DNA of 64,000 nt. Origin: a virus (taxonomy: Duplodnaviria > Heunggongvirae > Uroviricota > Caudoviricetes). Positions within the stretch are counted from its first letter, which is position 1, and each line of letters starts with the position of its first letter. Positions 62,610 to 64,000 of the stretch are shown piece by piece. The notes beneath the pieces were generated by a model that was given only the letters and a program-made list of their open reading frames with translations, ran no database searches and had not been told where the DNA came from. The stretch covers positions 12,277 through 76,276 of the IMG/VR virus record IMGVR_UViG_3300038435_000048. One strand, 5' to 3'. A program made the translations under genes and the position numbers.

Positions 62610-64000
62610 TTACTCTGAAACGCGAGCCCGAATTTGGGCGAGCGTATTTTGGAAGCCTTCGCGACCGTCTTCAAAGACGACGTTGAAGGAACAATTGTTG
62701 ACTTGGTACCAAGATGCCTGTTGCGTCATCTTGATGCCTTCGCCGGGCATATTGTATACAGCAATAAGACCCTTCGCGGACTTCTTGCTGAAAGCACCCT
62801 TGTTCGTCTTCGGATCTTTGAAGATCTCACGGTCTTCGGTATTCACCACGCCGAAGGTGGCCTTCATTGCAAAACCGAAGGTGTCGCGAGTGTTGTACTG
62901 ATACGTGTAGCTGCCGATACCGGCGACCCAGTTCGTGCTGGCGAAGCCCTTGGCCTTGAGAGCCGCGTTGATTCGCTTGGCGAGGTCTCGCGTGATCGAG
63001 TCACCGTAGATGAGGCCGATGTGCGAGTCAAGCTCACGGTAGCCAGCGGCGTTCGTGGTACCTCCGAAGAGTTCCCACAGGACTTCGATCGACCCCTTGA
63101 ATTCCGGCGAGCCGGGCGTTGCGTCAGGATCGCCGCAGATGATCTCCAAGGGCGTCTTGGGCGACGAGTCGGGGCGAATGACAAGCTTGCCGTTTCGAGC
63201 CAGAATCTCGCCCTTGAGTTGCGGCAAAATAGTGGTCAAAACTCCCCAGTAGTCCCAAGTGTCCGACACAACCGACAGGATGCCATTCGGGTAGAGCGAG
63301 AAGAGGCGACGGAAGGTCTCGATTTCGCCTTCCTTGGTCCCCATGCACATGACCGAGTGCTCAGTCGCCGGAACGCTCACTCCGACCAATTCCTTGTCGG
63401 AATCGGCGAAGTAATACTGTTCCAAGAATTCGATCGCAGGAACGGTATCCGTTCCAGCGAACGAGAGAAGGTGACCGGCACCGCTCAGGCAAGCCGACTC
63501 AAGGCTCGACATCCCACGGAACGAGAAGTCGTGGCCCTGGAACATCGTGAAGTCCTGCGAGCCACCAGTTTCACTGGCTGCTCGCAAAAATTCCTTGCGG
63601 TATTCGCGGGCGATCGTGGCCGACGTGCAAGCCTGCCACAGCGTGCAAGACAGGATCGTTTCCAGGTAGTTCGGGAGCCAGAATCCGCTCTCGTGCGTGC
63701 TGTGAATCACGACGGGCGGCGTTCCGATCGGCACTCGCGTGCCTTCCGGCAGGGCCAGAATTCGAATCGGCAGATATCCGAGAGCGTGAAGCTCTCGGAT
63801 GTGATCCATCGGCACGGCATCTTTGCCGAGGGCGTTGTCCACACGACGCTTGTACTTCGCGACCACTTCTTCGACGGGACGCGAGAAGAAATTCTCGTTC
63901 CACTGCTTGACCAAGTATTCCTTGATGAAATACTGGAGGCCGAAGAACACCACGCTGTCCACGCCTTCCAGGCGAGACGAACGAGGCGTGAAGTTCGAGA
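62610..64000 (-). CDS. nadV: nicotinamide phosphoribosyltransferase, 5'-truncated by the window edge
   Basis: VVFFGLQYFIKEYL, GTDTVPAIE, ATEHSVM, IYGDSIT align with the NAMPT family. The N-terminus with the DSYK motif lies beyond the window. Confidence 0.75.
   Translation of the reverse strand, partial: SNFTPRSSRLEGVDSVVFFGLQYFIKEYLVKQWNENFFSRPVEEVVAKYKRRVDNALGKDAVPMDHIRELHALGYLPIRILALPEGTRVPIGTPPVVIHSTHESGFWLPNYLETILSCTLWQACTSATIAREYRKEFLRAASETGGSQDFTMFQGHDFSFRGMSSLESACLSGAGHLLSFAGTDTVPAIEFLEQYYFADSDKELVGVSVPATEHSVMCMGTKEGEIETFRRLFSLYPNGILSVVSDTWDYWGVLTTILPQLKGEILARNGKLVIRPDSSPKTPLEIICGDPDATPGSPEFKGSIEVLWELFGGTTNAAGYRELDSHIGLIYGDSITRDLAKRINAALKAKGFASTNWVAGIGSYTYQYNTRDTFGFAMKATFGVVNTEDREIFKDPKTNKGAFSKKSAKGLIAVYNMPGEGIKMTQQASWYQVNNCSFNVVFEDGREGFQNTLAQIRARVSE

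Noticed and set aside
1-64000. CRISPR array, integrase/att sites or prophage boundary
   Set aside because: There are no short direct-repeat/spacer arrays and no tyrosine/serine recombinase motifs. Gene content is uniformly phage-like throughout.

Overview
This window appears to be part of a large, tightly packed bacteriophage genome. It is not bacterial chromosome and shows no integrase, att site, rRNA, tRNA or CRISPR. Bases 1-38702 encode a + strand gene block and 38736-64000 a - strand block. The two converge on a GC-rich bidirectional terminator hairpin at 38706-38732. The only + strand gene in the minus block is an HNH endonuclease. Genes are frequently coupled by ATGA overlaps. The + block opens with a divergent SSB-like protein and a sigma-70 family factor. 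A ~19 kb glycan-biosynthesis island follows with about 11 glycosyltransferases (GT4, GT2/GT-A, two CgeB-like), four class-I SAM methyltransferases and a GDP-L-fucose pathway (fcl and gmd, split by an HNH homing endonuclease). A GMP-reductase-like gene lies inside this island, coupled to a Pro/Thr/Cys-rich 121-aa protein and a 197-aa protein of unknown function. Downstream are MazG, a signal-peptide PKD/beta-helix protein, an FAD oxidoreductase, a monomeric class II (adenosylcobalamin-type) ribonucleotide reductase, a second paralogous HNH endonuclease and ThyX. Then come a signal-peptide YadA-head-like repeat protein, another methyltransferase, and a tail-fiber module ending in a 1002-aa fiber built from internal repeats. 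The - block carries nucleic-acid end-repair and probable anti-defence functions: partial NadV/NAMPT, a sulfotransferase, an Rnl5-like RNA ligase with a tRNA-binding OB domain, and an ATP-dependent DNA ligase. It also carries a lipoprotein SPFH/band-7 protein with a small membrane partner, a canonical SSB, a Pnk-like 5'-kinase, a NADAR-domain protein, a CCA-adding enzyme with an HD domain and an Rnl1-like RNA ligase. Further genes are a nucleoside 2-deoxyribosyltransferase, a T4 gp1-like dNMP kinase, a DnaQ-like exonuclease, a GT2, an SbcC/Rad50-like ATPase, a second sigma factor, an OB+HD nuclease, a family-4 UDG, a methionine aminopeptidase plus peptide deformylase pair, PhoH, an Lsr2-like protein, a lipoprotein and an RNase-H-like protein. 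The most notable feature is the scale of phage-encoded glycan synthesis and decoration machinery placed beside the tail fibers: glycosyltransferases, methyltransferases, GDP-fucose synthesis, a sulfotransferase and two paralogous secreted repeat proteins. A distributed tRNA-repair/NADAR/NadV cluster is a second focus. All functional calls rest on motif recognition by eye; no searches were run.
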